A DNA stretch of 64,000 nt from Macrostomum hystrix (taxonomy: Eukaryota > Animalia > Platyhelminthes). The notes under the pieces were generated by a model that saw only the letters and a list, made by a program, of their open reading frames with translations, was not told where the DNA came from and ran no database searches. This document shows positions 1 to 13,399 of this stretch, in pieces. Made by a program: the position numbers and the translations under genes. The stretch spans positions 15,252,001 to 15,316,000 of the forward strand of contig CATNEN010000038.1 of the NCBI GenBank assembly GCA_950097015.1. Direction: 5' to 3'. How positions within the stretch are numbered: position 1 is the stretch's first letter; each line of letters begins with the position of its first letter.

Positions 1-103
1 AGGGTCGATAGTTAAAAACTAGTCTAGGGTCGATAGCTGAATCTAGTCTAGGGTTGATAGTTGAATCTAGTCTAGGGTCGATAGTTGAATCTAGTCTAGG
101 GTA
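1..103. repeat. 24-bp tandem repeat (ATCTAGTCTAGGGTCGATAGTTGA), runs off the window
   Basis: About 4 units visible. Confidence 0.9.
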
Positions 104-214
104 GACAGCTGTAAGCAGAAAGATTGATGTTGAAATGAAAAGGCAAAGATTGAGGTGTCAGACCGGAATTCCGAACCGCCCCTGTCCGCGGCGAATAAAT
201 CCCAGGCGCGCAAC

Positions 215-3200
215 ATGGATCCCGTGAAGGAGGCGGCTAATGAAACGCCAGCCGCTGCCGGCACAAAAGCTGAAGTTGAAGCGCCTAAGAAATGGCCGCC
301 CCAGCTTAAGGTTCCGAGTTTTACTGATTGCCGTGAATCACAAGTATTCAAAGCATTTCCCAATGTCCTAAGCACCCTTAACGTACAATCACCCTTAATG
401 CACTGGGCACTTTTGTTTCATTGACTGATAAATTGACTTTTGTAAAGTCACAAAAGGGTTAGTTTTTTTATGCACTTTATTAGAAAATATGGATCGAAAT
501 AGCTTGTAACTTAAGCTAGATCCTCTTTTTAAAAAACACCGGAAAATCTTCTATTTACTTTTGACAATTTGGCACAATGTCTTTAAACTGAATTAGTTTT
601 TTTGTTTTATTCGAGTATAATTTTTTAGAAAGTGTGTGTTTTATAGCCTGCAATATTTTTACAGCGACTACAAAAACTTTTGTTAGACATTTTTGTGCAG
701 TGTCGCCCTATTAAGTTGTGTCTTTGTTATCAACGGCTTTATAACCTTGAAACTCCATGCTCCATCTACTCTGTAGCGAGTGAGCGCGCATTTAAACAAA
801 AGCGCTTTCTTATTTACGTATTTTTTTCATCCAATCAGCGCAGAGAGGACGCCCTGAGGTCCGCCGCGGCCCAGCAGGCCGCCAACAGCTTGCTGGCCTC
901 CTCCGGTGACGTCATTCGAGTGACGTCACCGCTGATGACTCATCAATCGGTTGCGCCGGTCGAGGAGAATTCGGGTGTAGGAAGCGCCGGCGGTGGAGGC
1001 AGCTCAGAGGCCAGCAAGAGTGGCAAAGCCGCCCTGCTCAGAGGCATGAAAAGTGAGTAAAGAATCACGGAAATCGGATTTGTTAGCGGGCAACGAAGAT
1101 TTAGATTCAATCTAAAAACTAATCTATTAAAAATCACTGCATAAAATTTCTGCATCCACTTAGAAATGAAAGCCTTGGAGGTGTTCTTTCGCTGTAAGTC
1201 AATTGCAACATTTATAATGGCCCTATAATTATACTTTTCATGGTTATACACTCTAAGTAATATAGAAAAATTATTATCATCTTGTACATCAGTTTATTGT
1301 TTGCCTACTGAGTTTGAGTGCTTGAACATACATATTTTGTTTGTTTGTCTCTTTTTCTTGCCGCGAAAGCACAGGTGATAGTGAACAGGGTTGCTATGCA
1401 AAACGATATATTATTTTTTGCCTTTGCTTTTTTGAACCAACCACAGTTAAAAATGCATAGCTTACTCGTTCTTAGACATTACCCTGACCTGATGAAAATT
1501 TCAAGTTAAACTTACGTTTTGCTAAATATTAGCACTTTTAAATGCTTATTTATGAGAATAGATTCTTGTTGACAATAGATCCAGGATGAGAATAGACCCA
1601 GGATGAGAATAGACCCAGGATGAGAATATATCCAGCATGAGAATAGATCCAAGATGAGAATAGATCCAGGATGAGAATAGATCCAGCATGAGAATAGATC
1701 CAGGCTGAGAATTGATCCAGGATGAGAATAGATCCTAGATCTAGGATAATAATAGATCCTAGATAATAATAGATCCTTGATGAGAATAGATCCAGGATGA
1801 GAATAGATCCAGGCTGAGAATAGATCCTAGATCTAGGATAATAATAGATCCTAGATAATAATAGATCCTTGATGAGAATAGATCCAGGATGAGAATAGAT
1901 CCAGGCTGAGAATAGATCCTAGATCTAGGATAAGAATAGATCCTAGATAATAATAGATCCTTGATGAGAATAGATTCTTGATGAGAATAGATTCTTGATG
2001 AGAATAGATTCTTGATGAGAATAGATTCTTGATGAGAATAGATTCTTGATGAGAATAGATCTATGATAAGAATAGATCTATGATAAGAATAGATCCAAGA
2101 AGAGAATAGATCCTAGATGAGATTAGATCCATGATGAGAATAGATCCTAGATGAGATTAGATCCAAGAAGAGAATAGATCCAAGATGAGAATAGATCCTA
2201 GATGAGAATAGATCCAAGAAGAGAATAGATCCTAGATGAGATTAGATCCATGATGAGAATATATTTAATTAAAATGAAGCTAAGATGGAGTGAAGAATAA
2301 AAAGAATGTTGTAAACTGGATGAGATTATCGAGACTAACCAAGCGACTTCAACCGTCTCTTATCAAACGCGGCAGCCTCCTCCGCCGTGAGCAGGAACAG
2401 CAGCCCCTCCGCGTCCAAGTCGCATCGCCAGGCCGCGTCGCCATCGCCATCTCCGTCAAGAAATCGACCACCGTCGGCTATTTCAACGGCCACCTCGACG
2501 GCATCTTCTTCTGGCTCCGCTAGAAGACCCACGTCGGCCAGTCCGAGTCGTTTGCTGGCGCCTCCGCCGCCATCTTCGCCCTTGGCGTCGCCGAAAATGC
2601 CTGTGCCGTCGGCTGCCGCCGCCGCCGCCGCGGTGGCTGTGCCGGAGGGTTCAGTGTCCACCCGGGTTCGAGGCAGCACGCGTTTTGCCGTCTGCCCGAC
2701 TGGGTTTGAGCCAGGCTCGGCGTCCACTGACCTGCCTCATCAGCGACTGCAGCTGGACTGGGTGTAAGGCCTGCTCAAAGCTATCCGGCATAGACCCTTA
2801 AAGAGTTACTACTTCTTAATTAAAACTAGAGATTTTCTTAAATTCCTTGAATTACTTATTCAACTATAGGTTTTGAGATTTCTAAGCCGAAACATTTCTC
2901 GACTGAGTTTTCTACACATTTTCTAAGAGTATTTGGTAGACTCCGCTAAATTACCTGAAACATTTCTAAGATAATTAGGTAAAATGTTAGGTTAATCGGA
3001 AGATTTTCTGAAAAAAAAGTGGGTAGATTTTCACTGAAGATTCCTGAAAATAAACTTCTGTGGGTTCCGATCAGACTTCATTCAAGATGTCTGTAAAAAG
3101 TGTATAAAATACTAATTTATTCTTTTAATGCTCATTTTGGGTGGCATAAATTTAAATGGAGTTGATTACTTTCAGCTATTACAGGACGATTCCTTGGCAT

Positions 3201-6200
3201 ACCTGTATTAAAGAGTTTATAAGAATATTGAAATAATGTTAAGATTTATTGTGTTCAAATCACTTTGCAACTCTACCACAGCTACGGTTACCGCGGCAAC
3301 GACTGCCGCAGCAACATCCACACACTGCGCACCCGGGAGATTGTGTACTTTAGTGGACACCTCGTGATCATCCTGAACTTGGAGGAGAACCGGCAGCGAC
3401 ACTATAGGGAGCACACCGCCGATTTGACATGGTGAGTAGGTCGCCACATTGGGGGTCGGTGGCAGAGCGGTAGACGTGTTTGCCTCTCGCACCAAGGCCC
3501 CTAAGTTCGATTCCACGGTGAGGCCACATTCATTTGGGGTGCAGCCGCGGAGAGAAGGCTTGGGGGCTTGTCGTGCAATTTACGACCTTGAGGGCCAACC
3601 TCCAAGGCACAGTGAGAGTGTACACTGCCTGACGATGAGAAAGTCAGGGCAGATCTACTCCTAATCCTACTCTAAATCCTAATCTAAATCATTATCAAGA
3701 TCCTACTTCAAATCCTCCTCCAAATCCTACTCTAAATCCTCCTCCAAATCCTCCTCCAAATCCTACTCTAAATCCTCCTCCAAATCCTACTCGAAATCAT
3801 AATCTATATCCTACTCCAAATCCTACTCCAAATCCTAGCTCAAATCCTACTATAAATCCTACTCTAAATCCTAATCTAAATCCTACTCCAAATCCTACTC
3901 CAAATCCTACTCCAAATCCCATAAACCTGGTCTGCAGTCTGGCGGTCCACTCAGATGGTGTCACTGTGGCCAGCGGTCAGGGCCAGGGCCAGCGACGTGC
4001 CTCCGAGCGGCCCTGCATTCGCGTCTGGCGCTCCGACACCCTGGAAACTCTAGGCGTGCTAGGCGAAGGCCAATTCCACGGCGCCGTCGTCGGCCTGGCC
4101 TTCTGCAAGCCGACGGTGAGCGGCTGCGCTTTCTAGTCTACTAGAAGTAGAGATATTGGCATTTTTAGGAAAAACAACCGATCCTAGCAAAACGTTAAAT
4201 CCCCATGCGTGAAAAGCCCTAAGAAATTCTTAACTTTATAATCAGTTTCAGATGCCAGCGGAGAGCAGCATGGACAATCTGCGGGTAACGGCAAGCTTTT
4301 GTCTTTTCATTGATTAGCAGTTGCTAGATAGTCAGTGAATTAAATGACAGGTGCTAGAGCGCTATTGAGATGACTGACGAGTGACAAAAAGGTGTTGTTC
4401 AAATCGTGAAACCTGAGTGACTTCGGTGCATCTGGCAATTTACACGAAGCCTGTCGTAACTCATCCCGAAGGACCGTCTCCTGGCGATCTCGGATCCCCC
4501 TGACCACATCATCGCCCTGTGGGACGCGAAGCGCCGAGTCCTGATCGCCTCCACCCCGCTGGGCACTGACATCATGTCCGACTGCGATGTGAATCCCCAG
4601 GATCCAAACCTGTTTGTCACTGTCGGCAAGGACCACGCGGTCTGGTGGGAGTACAGCGACGCTCTGGCAGCCATCAACATCAAGGCGGCCGGCGATTATC
4701 AAACCTTCTTCAAGGCTCGCTACGTTGTTAGCCTGCTGCACAATCGTCAGGGCGACCTTGTCACCGGCGATTCAAACGGAAACGTCTACGTGTGGGGCGG
4801 CGGCGGAAACCTCATCACCAACTACATCAAGCATGCTCATGAGGTCTGCTCTGCTAGAGAAGTTACCGCACATGCTTTTCTCCATTCTTTAGAGTGGTGC
4901 AACAAAGAAACCTCCCTTCCACACCAAATTGAAGCAAGACCCTTCGCTCTCCAGCCCAAGTGATAACCTTCCCCCCACCTCATAATAAAGCTTTTCCCTA
5001 ACACCTGAAAGTGACTAGACTAGCTCCGCTTTCCCCACCAGCCCAAAGTGACACCCCTCCCCCACCAGCCCAAAGTGACACCCCTCCCCCACCAGCCCAA
5101 AGTGACACCCCTTCCCCACCAGCCCAAAGTGACACCCCTTCCCCACCAGCCCAAAGTGACACCCCTCCCCCACCAGCCCAAAGTGACACCCCTTCCCCAC
5201 CAGCCCAAAGTGACACCCCTCCCCCACCAGCCCAAAGTGACACCCCTTCCCCACCAGCCCAAAGTGACACCCCTCCCCCACCAGCCCAAAGTGACACCCC
5301 TCCCCCACCAGCCCAAAGTGACACCCCTTCCCCAACCAGCCCAAAGTGACACCCTTCTCACACCAGCCCAAAGTGACACCTCCCCCCACCAGCCCAAAGT
5401 GACACCTCCCCCCACCAGCCCAAAGTAGCCTAGACCAGCTCCGAGTGACATCCTTCCCCCAGCACCCAAAAGTTGACGCCCTTTCCTCTCGCTTTCACCA
5501 GGGTCCCGTGTTCTCTCTCTGCTTCTATCGCGGCTTTCTTTTCACCGGTGGTCGCGACGGCGCCCTGCGCTGCTGGCAGTGGGGCCGCAACATGGATCGG
5601 GTGTCCGAGCTGCGACTGCCAATCACCGAGGGCGCACCTCGCTGCGTTCGAACTCACCGCGGCGTCGAGGGCGACCGTCTCATTGTCGGCACCACGGCAA
5701 ACTCTGTGCTGGACTGCCCGCTCTGCCCGGAGCCCGGCCTCGCTCCGCTAGAAGGAGTTGCATTCGGCGATGTGCCCATCACCCAGGGACACTACGACCA
5801 GTTGCTGAGCCTCAGCCTCGTGCCCGGACACGAGTGCATGTTCATCACGGCCGGATATGACAGTCAGGTGTGCATCTTCAATGCCGACAATCATTGCAGC
5901 GTGCAGAAGACTGTGCTGAAGGTGAGTATGTATTTCTACCACAGATTTGTATGATCTTCATTAGGTAGTACCTAGATTGTGCTGTTGCATTATAAGATCA
6001 GTTTTCTGAAGAAAAAAGTTGTTTACATATCAATAGCGTCGTAAAGTTCGCCCTTAGACAGACGACCGCAGTGGTATTTCAAATGCCCACATTCTTCTTT
6101 GTTTTGTATCTCCCAAAATATTCAACCAATCGCCAAGAAAATCCCGAACACAGGCAAAAAATTCTGTTCAAACCAATGCACCAACTTCCAGAATTAAAAA

Positions 6201-9073
6201 AGCGTCGGCATTGTTGAGATATTCATCGACTCTCGTCGGGGTGTCTGGTGGCAAAAACTACCAATATACTCGTAGGCATCAATGTAGCCATGTCGGCTAT
6301 TCTTTTCTATTTTGTATTGGTTAGTTTTGTTACTTCATCATAGAGATTAATGCAGAGCAATGTTAGTTGTCCTTGTCACTAGTGTCTTCGGCAGAGCGGT
6401 TTGCCTCTCGCACCAAGGTCCCTGAGCTCGATTCCACGGCGAGGCCACATTTATTTGGGGCGCAGCCGCGGAGAGAAGGCTTGGGGGCTTGTCGTGCAAT
6501 TTACGACCTTGAGGGCCAACCTCCAAGGCACAGTGGAGTGCACACTGCCTGACGATGAGAAAGTCAGGGCAGATGTACACACCTGTGTGAGCGTGTGCCT
6601 GCGTACAGTATCTGTGTGCGTGTGTGCTCAGGAGCCAGCGGAATGGGCAGAATTGCCTCCTCGCTGGCTGTGGGTCTAGTGTCACCAAATTATGTGCCAC
6701 TGCCCGTAGCCCTCCTGCAATTATTATTATTGTTATTATTATTATTATTATTATTATTTTTATTATTTTTATTATTAGTCTTTCTACTGTCAACGTGTAT
6801 TTAAAAACGAAATAGAAAAAGTGCATCAGCTGCGCAAGCTGGGACGAGAGCAGCACCATAATATTCGGCACCAAAACGGGCGAAGTCATCATTCTGTACG
6901 AGGAGAACAGCAACCTGGTTGAGGTGTTCAAGAGCAGTGTGGCTCACTGCAAAGTCTGCGCAATTGCCGTTTCTCACAGTGAGTTTTCAGGGGCCAAAGT
7001 GGCACTCACCTGTTCACTGCATCGTCTGTCTGTACATGGCTGCATGTAGGCTGTTTCTATCCCCCCTGTCTACAGGTCTATATCTCCTCTGCTGTCTGTA
7101 GGTCTATATCTACCCCTCCTCTCTGTAGGTCTTCATCTTCCCCCGTCTGTAGGCCTTTTTGCTCCCCCTGTCTCTAGGCTGTTTCTCTCCCCCTGTCTCT
7201 AGGCTGTATCTCCCTCTGTCTCTAGGCTGTATCTCCTCCTGTCTCTAGGCTGTATCTCCTCCTGTCTCTAGGCTGTATCTCCTCCTGTCTCTAGGCTGTT
7301 TCTCCCTCTGTCTCTAGGCTGTATCTCCTCCTGTCTCTAGGCTCTATCTCCCCCTGTCTCTAGGCTGTTTCTCTCGCCATATCTCTAGGCTGTTTCTCTC
7401 CCCCTGTCTCTAGGCTGTATCTCTCCCTGTCTCTAGGCTGTATCTCCCCCTGTCTCTAGGCTGTATCTCCCCCTGTCTCTAGGCTGTATCTCCCCCTGTC
7501 TCTAGGCTGTATCTCCCCCTGTCTCTAGGCTGTTTCTCCCCCTGTCTCTAGGCTGTTTCTCCCCCTGTCTCTAGGCTGTTTCTCCCCCTGTCTCTAGGCT
7601 GTTTTCCAATTTTGAATATGGAACCAATGTCTCCTACTGCCCTGGAAAATCCGCAGCTAGAGAGACGGTAGCCATTGGAGGCTCTGACGGCCGACTGCAC
7701 TTTCTAGAATTCCGGCCAATCACAGGCGAAGAGGAGGCCGGCTCGGAGCCAAGCCCGAAGGCCTGGCAGCTAATTGGTCAGGTGCTCGCCACGCGGCACG
7801 GTGTTGAAGCTCTGGACTTTGCGTCAGATTTCATTGACAATGCGTTAGTCGTCTGCGCAACAAACACCAACGGCGAGAGGGTCGTTTGTGAGTCGGCTGC
7901 GGTTGCTGTGTTCCGAGCCTAGAAAACGAATAGAAAAGTTTTTGTTTGTTTTTTGTCTCGACAGGTGATGCCACAAATTACTGCGTGCTAAACGAAATGG
8001 AAAAATTTCGCGACACCATTTGGAAGACGCACAACTTCCTGTTCGCCTATTATTGTGTTGGTGAGCGACAATAATAAACTAGAATTATTAACAGTTAAAA
8101 GAGCCCGGAGGCATTTCAGGTACCCACATTTCTCTTTTTTCTGTATCTCTCAAAAGATTAAACTAATCGACATGTAAAAACCAGGTTACGGGTTATCCGA
8201 TGAAACAACTTCTAGAAGCACAAAACATCGGCATCTTCGTGATGTTCAACAATTCTCGTCGGCGTGTCTGGTGGCAAAAAGCATTATAGGCTTAATTTTT
8301 CGAGGTCAATCAGTCGCTGGGACCTTTCTTATCAGCATGCCAGTCACCAGGGTTCCCTTCATCACCGTCTGAAGCATCGGCGGCAACCGTCGGGAACTTC
8401 AACAAAATCACCCGATCGGCATCTTAAGCACGGCTGCGTTCCCAAAGCTGAAATCGAAGAATCCTCTTTTGCATGAACGGCTATGAAAGATGGAATATCT
8501 TTTAAAGGGATGGAATAATTTTGGAATTTTGGAAAATATGGTGGACTTTCATGAAGTAGACAACTGTTAAAGAACTTCTATTGTCTGAGTTAGGTCAAGA
8601 AAACAATTGCATCTCTAATAAAACAATGATCGAATTGTCTGGGACTGTAACTTACTAAAGCCTTCCTAAAAATGACCAAAGGTGCCTGGAACTCCAAGTC
8701 CTGTCAGGAGTCGAGCATCACCTCGGTGGATGTCTGTCCAGAGAAGGAGCTGCTAGCTGTCGGCCTCAGCAATGGCCACATCCTGCTCTACAGGTATCCC
8801 TGCACCAAGTCGGATGTGAGCTCATTTTCGTCTTTTTGTGGTTTTTATAATAATGCTTTACTGCTATATTGAAATTTCACTTTATTACAAGCAATTAATG
8901 CTTCTCCCTTCCTTCAACCCTTCAATCCTTCAACCCTCTCAACTAATTAGGCCTACTGTCACACCTTTGTCGGTCCAACAAATGTGACGGCTCTGCGTTT
9001 CACACCTGACGGCCGGCACCTAATTAGCATCGGGGGTCATGATGCCTGTGTGATGCAGTGGCGCCTCACCTGA
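215..9073 (+). CDS. EML: Echinoderm microtubule-associated protein-like (EMAP/EML) gene, HELP motif + WD40 repeats, ~13 exons
   Basis: Hand-spliced GT-AG exons with consistent phases: 215-310 (weak donor, tentative), 839-1052, 2376-2763, 3282-3431, 3938-4115, 4252-4284 (tentative), 4472-4843, 5502-5921, 6816-6978, 7657-7887, 7965-8060, 8682-8815, 8951-9073. HELP motif LQLDWV|YGYRGNDCRSN, QRHYREHT, CLAVHSDGVTVASGQ, LYRYPC and C-terminal VTALRFTPDGRHLISIGGHDACVMQW; AATAAA near 9250. Confidence 0.92.
1550..2262. repeat. 17-bp minisatellite (GATGAGAATAGATCCAG), EML intron
   Basis: Direct periodicity with variant blocks. Confidence 0.95.
3452..3655 (+). mobile_element. tRNA-derived SINE family A, 3' truncated
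   Basis: A box TGGCAGAGCGG, B box GTTCGATTCC; body nearly identical to copies at 6388 and 14990. Confidence 0.85.
3655..3920. repeat. 12-bp minisatellite (TCCTACTCCAAA), EML intron
   Basis: Direct periodicity. Confidence 0.93.
5027..5470. repeat. 27-bp minisatellite (GCCCAAAGTGACACCCCTCCCCCACCA), EML intron
   Basis: Direct periodicity; source of 9-aa repeat ORFs. Confidence 0.95.
6045..6265. mobile_element. MITE-like dispersed repeat, copy 1
   Basis: TGTATCTCCCAAAATATT...GTGTCTGGTGGCAAAAA shared with copies at 8110 and 16165. Confidence 0.65.
6388..6775 (+). mobile_element. SINE family A, near full length with (TTA)n tail
   Basis: tRNA-like head, multi-hairpin body, GCCCTCCTGCAA followed by (TTA)n. 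Confidence 0.88.
7050..7602. repeat. 23-bp minisatellite (TATCTCCCCCTGTCTCTAGGCTG), EML intron
   Basis: Direct periodicity. Confidence 0.95.
8110..8282. mobile_element. MITE-like dispersed repeat, copy 2
   Basis: Same CCCACATT..TGTATCTC and GTGTCTGGTGGCAAAAA blocks. Confidence 0.6.
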
Positions 9074-10104
9074 GAACTGATAAGGAACATTTTAATACCT
9101 CAGATGTTATTACCCGTACTAAATTAGTAATTGGTTTTTTCTGCGGCGGCGCGAGAGATGTTTTAGCAGATTCTCGCGCATTACCTGCATATTAATATCA
9201 AAGCCAACTTGAATACACTTAAAACTGTAAGCCATAGTAAATATTTGTAAATAAATAAACAATCCTTTATGACCAAATGCAGTCTTAAGTCACATGCAAT
9301 AGTGACTTACGGGTCTACTTACAGTAGAGGATCGCTGATCTCGCCGAAAGGAAGGCAGATTTGAATTTTGAAAGGTCTAGTTGATTGTTAGTCCTGATAA
9401 CTTGACAGCTAAAATCCAAGCAGCCAAAGTAAAAAACACTTGAGCTCATCACTCACTTGATTGAGTATATTAAGAGTTGATCTTCAAGAAAAAACTTTAA
9501 CTGATACGAACGAATGACGTATCCGCTGCTTTGGGGCGAAAAGGCCTCTCAAAATAACAGCAACCACTCCAACACGAGATACTGCTCAATTCATAAAATA
9601 CCTGAGCTCAATAGAGCCTAGGAAGTGTAGGCAGGTGTGTTAAAGCGCTAGTGTTGAGCAATTCTGGGCAATGAAGCTTCTAACAATTAGGCAAATGATG
9701 TGGAGCTAACAATGGCTTCACACCTTTCATCGGCTGACACATCTCGCCTCATCTCAATCGCATCGCATTCTGTTTGACTGCCTGACAAGAAAGATTTCAC
9801 AAAAAGACTCATTTTCTATTGTGCCTCTGCCAAATCAGAAAGCGACTCAATGGGGAAGACTTTTTACCGATATAAATTGAACTCAATTTTTTTAGCACAG
9901 TGACGCATGACAAGCCGCTACTAAACTTCGTTTGGCATAGTAATTGATTGATTTTGAAACAGGATTCATAATAAATCTGGCTTCTTTAACAGCTTAACTT
10001 TTTTAATGCTTATATGAGACTGATATAATTAATGTTTAATTTTAATATCTCCACCAGCGTAAATGTGTGGTAAACAGTCTGAATACAATTTATGGGGCCT
10101 AAGG

Positions 10105-10931
10105 CACTGAAGAACCTGTAGCAAATGGCTGATTGCACTTTTGGAACCTGGGGCTAATGGCTGATTGCACTGAAGCACCTGGGGCTAATAGCTGATTGCA
10201 CTGAAGCACCTGGGGCTAATAGCTGATTGCACTGAAGCACCTGGGGCTAATAGCTGATTGCACTGAAGCACCTGGGGCTAATAGCTGATTGCACTGAAGC
10301 ACCTGGGGCTAATAGCTGATTGCACTGAAGCACCTGGGGCTAATAGCTGATTGCACTGAAGCACCTGGGGCTAATAGCTGATTGCACTGAAGCACCTGGG
10401 GCTAATAGCTGATTGCACTGAAGCACCTGGGGCTAATAGCTGATTGCACTGAAGCACCTGGGGCTAATAGCTGATTGCACTGAAGCACCTGGGGCTAATA
10501 GCTGATTGCACTGAAGCACCTGGGGCTAATAGCTGATTGCACTGAAGCACCTGGGGCTAATAGCTGATTGCACTGAAGCACCTGGGGCTAATAGCTGATT
10601 GCACTGAAGCACCTGGGGCTAATAGCTGATTGCACTGAAGCACCTGGGGCTAATAGCTGATTGCACTGAAGCACCTGGGGCTAATAGCTGATTGCACTGA
10701 AGCACCTGGGGCTAATAGCTGATTGCACTGAAGCACCTGGGGCTAATAGCTGATTGCACTCAAGCACCTGTAGCTAATGGCTGATTGCACTTTTGGAACC
10801 TGGAGCTAATGGCTGATTGCACTGAAGCACCTGGGGCTAATAGCTGATTGCACTGAAGCACCTGGGGCTAATAGCTGATTGCACTGAAGCACCTGGGGCT
10901 AATAGCTGATTGCACTGAAGCACCTGGGGCT
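10105..10931. repeat. 31-bp minisatellite (GCACTGAAGCACCTGGGGCTAATAGCTGATT)
   Basis: Near-perfect units. Confidence 0.97.
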
Positions 10932-11744
10932 ACGGTTTTCGAGTCGCTGTTTTAATATAAATGTGGTTTTGTCTATGCGTATATAAGCAGTACCGAATAT
11001 AACTGCATTTCCAAACCTCTGACAATACAGGTAAAATTATCTAATTATCAAGGAATTTTTGTTTGGCCCCAGCTTGCAACTGTCAAAAAGGGTTGCAAAG
11101 CGATTTCAAGCATTATCAAAGATGTTGTATGCATCAACACGGACGAATTTCTCACTGCTCGAACGGATCCAGAAGGCGCATGCAGACTCAAATGTCACTT
11201 TGATCATGGTTTTGAGTTGAAAGTGAAAACGGCTAGCTGTAATGAATAAAGCACTGATTTAAACAAGAGAGCTTGCCTAACTGGAATGAGAAAATGGAAA
11301 TCTAAAATGACTTTAAATCGAATCTGGCCCAGGTGTCCCTCCTCAGTCTCTGCGAGTGAAGCCTCTGTGATCATGTGTGTATTGCGCAATCATCTAATCG
11401 ATCATTCGTTACAGATTTAATTAATTCAATAACTGCAGATTGTGCACAGGTTTTGGCAATCAAATATGAACTTGAAGACTTGATGTATATTTTTAATTTA
11501 AAAATCACAAGACTTCATTCGATTGGCAAACTTAAAAATACGCTTGTAGAATCGCAATATCACGAATTCAAATATCAACTCAACACAATTTACGAGTGAA
11601 CTCACTTGAACGCTGGAGTAATATCTTGTCGGAATTCTTGCCGATAAAGTTTCTAATTCAATGTTCTACTGTCTCTGGGACATGAAATGTTTGCCTCGGA
11701 AACATCTAGGTGTCAACCCCGATATAAATCTCAATCACTTTGAG

Positions 11745-12365
11745 TGTCAGTCGAATAAATATTTGGGTTCTCAGTTACAAGAAGATTGGGGGTTTCAGTC
11801 ACTGGAAGATCTGGTTCTCAGTCACAAGATGATTTGGTTGTCAGTTACAAGAAGATTGGGGGTTTCAGTCACTGGAAGATCTGGTTCTCAGTCACAAGAT
11901 GATTTGGTTGTCAGTCACAAGAAGATTTGGTTCTCAGTTACAAGAAGATTGGGAGGTGTCAGTCACAGGAAGATTTGGGTGTCAGTCAGAGGAAGATTTG
12001 GGTGTCAGTCAGAGGAAGATTTGGGTGTCAGTCACTGGAAGATTTGGGTGTCAGTCACTGGAAGATTTGGGTACAAGTCACTGGAAGATTTGAATGTCAG
12101 TCATAGTATAAAGTCACAGGAAGATTTGGGTACAAGTCACTGGAAGATTTGAATGTCAGTCATAGTATAAAGTCACAGGAAGATTTGGGTACAAGTCACT
12201 GGAAGATTTGGGTGTCAGTCATAGTAAGATTTGGGTGTCAGTCACAGGAAGATTATGGTGTCAATCACAAGAAGATTTGGATGTCAGTCAGAGGAAGATT
12301 CGGGTGTCAGTCAGAGGAAGATTAGGGTGTCAGCATCAGGATGATCGGATTGTCAGCATCAGGAA
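11745..12365. repeat. 23-bp diverged minisatellite (GTCAGTCACTGGAAGATTTGGGT)
   Basis: Direct periodicity. Confidence 0.92.
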
Positions 12366-13399
12366 ACTCGGGCTGTTAAAATCGTAGACTTTCAAATCAA
12401 ATCAAATCGAATCAAATCAAATGAAAATCTTAGAAATTCAGAGGTGCTGCATTTTCTATTGTCAGACATGGTGTTTGATCTGTAGCTCGTCTTCAGCGAT
12501 TTCACACAAGCTACGAAGCACTTAGGACACACCTGGTTATAGATAGTTTAGGTATGTGACAAGCGATGAACCTGCAGAACCCGTTATACAAAGGAAGTCA
12601 GTCGACACCTCTGCAATGAGGCTTATCCAAAAAAAATCTAACAAAAAATTTACTTCTTGGCATTCTTTTATAAGGCGTCCCAACAGAGCACAAGCCGGCA
12701 GTGGTAGTTTAAGCTTGAACAGTTATTTGTGCGGCTGAAGTACCGGACGCAAATAACTGTTACCCTAAGCGAACAAAGATTCATCAATAGCTTTATTATA
12801 CCTGCCCACTTCACACATTTCACGCCGTGGGCCTCACAGAGCTTGCAACACCGCCCAAGTCACCGCTAACTGCTCAATGCCTCAAATCTGCATACTTAAC
12901 GCCCTGTGAGGCTGTGAAAAAAATCCAGGAAGTTATATGCGTGTCTTTTTTCCTTTCCAAGAGCCCTTCACGGCCGCGCTGCAGCTAATTCTTTCTTATT
13001 TTCCTCCTTTGAGTAGCAATGGGTTTTGAAAAAATGCTGCTCAGTGTGAATGAGCAAGTCAACTGAGCTGGCTTCGATGTGAGCAATACAATCTCATCAC
13101 TAAATTTGGGCTTCATCAATCATGAGAAGGGAAGTTTGCGGGCTTTTTCACACCCTCAGGAGTCAGCGCCTATTGAATGAGTCTCACTGCTACTCATTAA
13201 TGCTTTTTTCTTGAACAGGCAGCTCAAGTTGAGCAGACTGGCCAGAGCTCTGAGTGAATTTTATTGCTATTGGAGATGAGGTTAGGATTTGGAAATTATT
13301 GTTAGTCGACGAGGCAAATGAGACAGGGTAGCTGTGATTGAGACTAGAAGAGGTTTAGGGTGACACTATATAAGATTGTTGATGAGGCTCGATGAGATT

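Noticed and set aside
3628-3650. Hammerhead-like core CTGACGA-TGA-GAAA in SINE A
   Set aside because: No stem II or stem III with an NUH site; the bases form a simple hairpin.
4998-5469. Repeat ORFs in several frames (likewise 17634, 19688, 21549, 23285, 32127, 54743-57790)
   Set aside because: Minisatellite artefacts; several lie inside phase-consistent introns.
10105-10931. CRISPR-like regular 31-bp repeats (also 27110-29900)
   Set aside because: No unique spacers, no cas genes, eukaryotic context.
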